Assembly: GCA_043810925.1 (NCBI GenBank)
Contig: JBDRNT010000170.1
Span: 1-50,684 of the forward strand
Direction: 5' to 3'
DNA length: 50,684 bases
DNA from: Candidatus Eiseniibacteriota bacterium
Lineage (GTDB): Bacteria; Arandabacterota; Arandabacteria; Arandabacterales; Arandabacteraceae
Part shown: one piece after another, positions 46,937 to 50,684 of the stretch
Layout: each line of letters starts with the position of its first letter
How positions within the stretch are numbered: the first letter of the stretch is position 1
Position numbers and translations under genes: made by a program
The notes under the pieces: model-generated
The model's input: only the letters and a program-made list of their open reading frames with translations
What the model was told of the DNA's origin: nothing
The model's database searches: none

Positions 46937-48586
46937 ATGGACCGAGACTGCACACAGCAGGTAGTCGCCTCCCCGGGATCGGACAGCTGTGGGGAAAGGC
47001 AGATCCTTGCTCTGGACGCGCTTTCGAAGCTCACCAGGCAATTCTGCGACAAGCCTGACTTTGAGCAGTTGATCAGTCTTATCTTGATGACCATGTGCGG
47101 TCAATTCTCAGTGGCCGATTCATTCGCCTTGCTGCGCAAACCCGGCTGGCAGATCTGGAACAATTCATTTTTCGCGACGGGGAAGCTCACGGGAAATATC
47201 CGGCTGGGGTCGCTGGTGCTGACTCCCGACGACCGGGAGCGGTTTGCGGGTGAGGAAACCGTTTGCAGAGTAGCCCGGCTTGCATCACAGGGCGAATCGG
47301 ACAGCATAGTCTCGCTTCTTAGCGAGTCCGGTGTCAGCGTTGTCTGTCCGCTGGTTCACGGTGACGCATTCTTCGGCATAGTAGGTCTCGGGGAAAGGGT
47401 GACCGGGAAGGGCTATGGTGAGGACGATCTGAGTCTGCTGGGCACCATCATAAGCACGATCACTCCTCTTGTGGCCAACTCCTACTTGTTCTGGGAGATT
47501 GCCGGCTTGAACGGTTGGTACCTGGACATACTGAACAGCGTGACGCAGGGTGTCTTCGTGTTTGACAGGGACTACAAGCTCCAGAAGATCAATACGGCCG
47601 GGATGGATATTCTCAAGACATTTCTCCAGCGAACTTCCGACCAGCAATCGTTTGTCAACAGCCCGGTTGACACGGTTTTTCCGGAATGGGTATTCGGCGA
47701 GTTAGCCGGTCAGGTGGTCCAGTCAAGAGGCGCAGTCAAGCCGACAACCGCAAACAGGGTGTTCGCCAGGGCCAAAGGGACCGAGCGCATCTACAACGTT
47801 AGTATCACCCGGACAGTCGAGAACGGCGGCGCCAAGACTGCGCTCATCATGACTCTTGACGATGTAACCGTTCAGAAAGAAAATGAACAGCGACTCTTCG
47901 ATCTCCAGAAACTTGCAGACAAAGGTTTGATGGCCTCATCCATATCCCACGAGCTCAACAACTTCCTGACCCTGATTCTCGGCGGTGTCGAGCTTACCCA
48001 GATGGCGCTGGCTGACGGGGAGTGCGTGAAGGCTGAGACCATGCTCGACAGGATCCGGGGCAATATCGTCAACATGGAGCGCTTCACCGCAGGGCTGACC
48101 GATTACACCCGGCTTGATTCCAAGCGGCAGCGTGGGGACCTCAATACCGTGATAGATGACGTACTCTGTTTCCTCTCGGTCCAATCACGTTTCAAGCGGG
48201 TTACTATCACTTCGGAGCTCGACGTCGAATTGCCCGAGTTCGATATGGACACCGACCAGATCGCCCAGGTGTTGATGAACCTGCTCAACAACGCGGCTGA
48301 TGCGATCAAGGAAGCGGGCCGGAAGGACGGGATGATAAGCATAAGCACAGCACACGGAGAAGACGACATAACCCTTCTCATCAGTGACAATGGTGCCGGC
48401 ATGCCTCCCGAGGTCAAAGAGAAGCTCTTCGCGACGCATTTCACAACCAAGGAACATGGACACGGCTACGGCCTGGTTACGTGCGCGACAATCATAGAGA
48501 GTCACGGCGGGACCGTCACGGTTGACTCCGATGTTGGCAGGGGGACCACCTTCACCATCCGCTTCCAGACCGCAACGAATCGGTAA
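46937..48586 (+). CDS. Cytoplasmic GAF/PAS sensor histidine kinase
   Basis: GAF-like (GIVGLGER...DLSLL), PAS-like (GVFVFD...IN), SHELNN, NLLNNAADA, DNGAGM, FTTK, GHGYGL, GRGTTF. Confidence 0.93.
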   Translation: MDRDCTQQVVASPGSDSCGERQILALDALSKLTRQFCDKPDFEQLISLILMTMCGQFSVADSFALLRKPGWQIWNNSFFATGKLTGNIRLGSLVLTPDDRERFAGEETVCRVARLASQGESDSIVSLLSESGVSVVCPLVHGDAFFGIVGLGERVTGKGYGEDDLSLLGTIISTITPLVANSYLFWEIAGLNGWYLDILNSVTQGVFVFDRDYKLQKINTAGMDILKTFLQRTSDQQSFVNSPVDTVFPEWVFGELAGQVVQSRGAVKPTTANRVFARAKGTERIYNVSITRTVENGGAKTALIMTLDDVTVQKENEQRLFDLQKLADKGLMASSISHELNNFLTLILGGVELTQMALADGECVKAETMLDRIRGNIVNMERFTAGLTDYTRLDSKRQRGDLNTVIDDVLCFLSVQSRFKRVTITSELDVELPEFDMDTDQIAQVLMNLLNNAADAIKEAGRKDGMISISTAHGEDDITLLISDNGAGMPPEVKEKLFATHFTTKEHGHGYGLVTCATIIESHGGTVTVDSDVGRGTTFTIRFQTATNR

Positions 48587-48701
48587 TCTCCGACCGAAGT
48601 CTCAGTCAGTTCCATCTCTTGAACAGCGCGGTGCGTCTACCTGTTCCGGGCAGGCCGAGTCTCCGACTCGCCGTGACGGCACCAGAGTCCAACGAATCTC
48701 C

Positions 48702-48730
48702 TTGATCGTCGCAGTTATGTATGGTAAACT
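48702..48730 (+). promoter_or_regulatory. Putative sigma70 promoter
   Basis: TTGATC-N17-TAAACT with extended -10 TG. Confidence 0.55.
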
Positions 48731-48797
48731 GATCGGTGGAGTGTGATGTTTCTGCTGTGATTGATTCCTTGCTCGGAGGTCCGGGGAGTGCAGGGGA

Positions 48798-50588
48798 ATG
48801 CCCATGCGACTGTCCGCCCGTATGCGGGTGATACTCACATTCCTTGCGTTGCTGTCCATCTGCTCTTTAGCATCGGAGTGCCACGCAGCGATCGCCGATG
48901 TAAGAGCTCTTCTCATCGGTAGCCATGTCCGGGGTCCCGACAACTGGATTACCCAGGAGAGCCTCAGGCTCGAAAACCTGCTTACGTTCAACGGCATCCC
49001 GTTTGAATTCTTTGATGTGGAAGACGATAGCCTCGATCAGTCCGACCTTGATCAGTATGACGGTGTAATACTCGAGGGCAGTTCTATGCGCTTCTGTGCT
49101 ACCGAAGCCGAGCGCAGCCTGCTTGCCCAGAACATGGAAGCCGGCGGCATCACCGTCTTGCTCACGCTGATCAACGGGAAGTACACGGATCTTAACGGTA
49201 CACTCTATGACGCAATAGACGTATGGGTGAATGGTCTCGAGAACTTAGAGTTCAACGTCCGTCTCCGTGAAGGGGCGGTTAAGATCTACAATTACTGGAC
49301 CGACGACGGCTTCGTGGTTGCAGGTGGATCCGATTGCAGACACATTGGCATATGCGTCAACTCTCTTAGCACCTGGGCACGCGGAGACCCTATTTTCGGT
49401 GACTACCGTGTATACGGGGTCGATTTTGCTCTTTCACGATGGATGGAGAACACCTTTGGGGTCGACGCCAGAGTGACACTGCCGGTGATCTCTGTGAGAC
49501 TCGATGACACTCAGACCAGTACGTGCGAACGGCACCAGGAAGTGATCGACTTCATCGACGCAAATAAACACAGGATAAGAGCATCAGGTTTTCTGGTAAC
49601 AGATGCGAGCGCCTACAACTGCTCGGACAGCACGTTACAGAACGACGAGCAGATCATAAGCCAGTGGGGCAGCATGTCACTTCATGGTAAGGTTCACACG
49701 CCCGTCGGTGCTGACGGCGAAAACCGTGACTATCAGACACAGTATGACGATATGAACGAGGCGGTGGCCTTCCTTCAGCAACACTTTTCACGGTACAAAC
49801 CCATGAAAGCATCTCCAATGAACAGCTGGAATGAAGCTACACTGCATGCGATGTACGATAATGGCATATACTACCACTCTGCGTGTCTGTGGACTAGTGA
49901 CGATTACAAAGCACTGTATAAGAGCCTGTTCGACGTGGGAAACGAGCTTGATCGAGAAAGGGTGTTCGCGAGGGGTGCGTCGGGCCTCTTTAGGTATTAT
50001 CCGTTGGTTCATTCCGATCAAACGGGTGAGGTCCGGATATACAGCGTGGATTGGGGTCCCGTTCTCAGTGCTTTACACACCCCGGCTCAAGCACTTGATG
50101 TCGTGAGAAGCTACGGTCTCGATTGGTGGACCCCCGTGCTGATAGGTGCACACTACCGTCATGACGAACCTCATGGTGCGGACCTTAATCCAGAGGGCTG
50201 GATCGCGCTAATGGGGGCACTGATGGATTCTGTAGACCATGACAGTTATTACTGGCGCAGGTGGGTTGACAGTTATGACTTCGCAAGGAATGTCGAGCGG
50301 TTCGACAAGGCCCTTAGCATCAACGCTGTTTCGGTCGACGGTGACATCATTACATACGAGATCACTGCTGATGAGCCCTTACGCTTTATGACACTCAGAG
50401 CGGAGAAAACCGGGTACAAAGTGCAATCTGTGATGATCGACGGCACCGAACACTGCTACTTCGGTGATGCCTATGTTCATTTGCCCGAGATTTACGGGAA
50501 CACTGTAATAGAGGTGTCACTGACTTGTCTGGAGAATGGCCGAGAGTCAAGCCCTTTCTTAGTGGGAATTCCCGGCGGCCTTCCCTGA
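48798..50588 (+). CDS. Secreted polysaccharide-deacetylase-like (NodB/DUF2334-type) protein, probably 3'-truncated by an IS
   Basis: Signal peptide; VRLDDTQ and SLHGKVH metal-binding-like motifs, PMNSW; last ~15 codons read through IS-like sequence. Confidence 0.65.
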   Translation: MPMRLSARMRVILTFLALLSICSLASECHAAIADVRALLIGSHVRGPDNWITQESLRLENLLTFNGIPFEFFDVEDDSLDQSDLDQYDGVILEGSSMRFCATEAERSLLAQNMEAGGITVLLTLINGKYTDLNGTLYDAIDVWVNGLENLEFNVRLREGAVKIYNYWTDDGFVVAGGSDCRHIGICVNSLSTWARGDPIFGDYRVYGVDFALSRWMENTFGVDARVTLPVISVRLDDTQTSTCERHQEVIDFIDANKHRIRASGFLVTDASAYNCSDSTLQNDEQIISQWGSMSLHGKVHTPVGADGENRDYQTQYDDMNEAVAFLQQHFSRYKPMKASPMNSWNEATLHAMYDNGIYYHSACLWTSDDYKALYKSLFDVGNELDRERVFARGASGLFRYYPLVHSDQTGEVRIYSVDWGPVLSALHTPAQALDVVRSYGLDWWTPVLIGAHYRHDEPHGADLNPEGWIALMGALMDSVDHDSYYWRRWVDSYDFARNVERFDKALSINAVSVDGDIITYEITADEPLRFMTLRAEKTGYKVQSVMIDGTEHCYFGDAYVHLPEIYGNTVIEVSLTCLENGRESSPFLVGIPGGLP

Positions 50589-50684
50589 TCATGCGACCTG
50601 CCTCCCGACAACTTCTTCATTCTCGATCTTCAGTTCACTCATGATGGCATCCCTCAACTTCGGAAGATGTCGGTAGCCCATGAT
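50542..50684 (-). mobile_element. End of an IS256-family element (transposase C-terminus plus terminal inverted repeat), continuing off the window
   Basis: Minus frame 50684-50589 reads IMGYRHLPKLRDAIMSELKIENEEVVGRQVA*, like IS256/Mutator C-termini; candidate TIR GAGAGTCAAGCCCTTTCTTAGTGGGAATT from about 50542. Confidence 0.7.

Overview
This is a moderately GC-rich bacterial window. FlgD-Ig/T9SS-type C-terminal tails, a PorV-like barrel and a type IV pilin point to a diderm, probably of the wider FCB group such as an Eisenbacteria/Krumholzibacteria/Zixibacteria-like lineage (inference). (1) 155-18600 (-): an SGNH-TPR gene and a surface-glycan locus. The locus holds GT2, GT4, a flippase-like protein, an orphan MFP, a TPR membrane protein, a GT-C fused to two sugar-binding domains, WbpB/WbpE/WbpD-like enzymes, an N-acetyl-sugar amidotransferase, and two paralogues of an unknown helical enzyme (one lipoprotein, one with a secretion tail). 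(2) 18900-31100: PAP2 phosphatase, a two-gene cassette (acidic protein plus ComEC-like MBL hydrolase), SDR threonine dehydrogenase, B12 radical SAM, an exported GH13, a sigma54-driven pilin, two lipoproteins and a frameshifted GT-C. (3) 31300-48600 (+): the best candidate for an undescribed system, an apparently translationally coupled operon. It encodes a ~3600-aa beta-helix/Ig surface protein, a PorV-like barrel fused to TPRs, a membrane HAMP-PP2C phosphatase, a STAS-anti-sigma kinase fusion, a STAS anti-anti-sigma and a histidine kinase, with two sigma28-type promoter motifs. (4) Right edge: a secreted deacetylase-like gene apparently cut by an IS256-family element. All calls come from motif recognition by eye; no searches were run.
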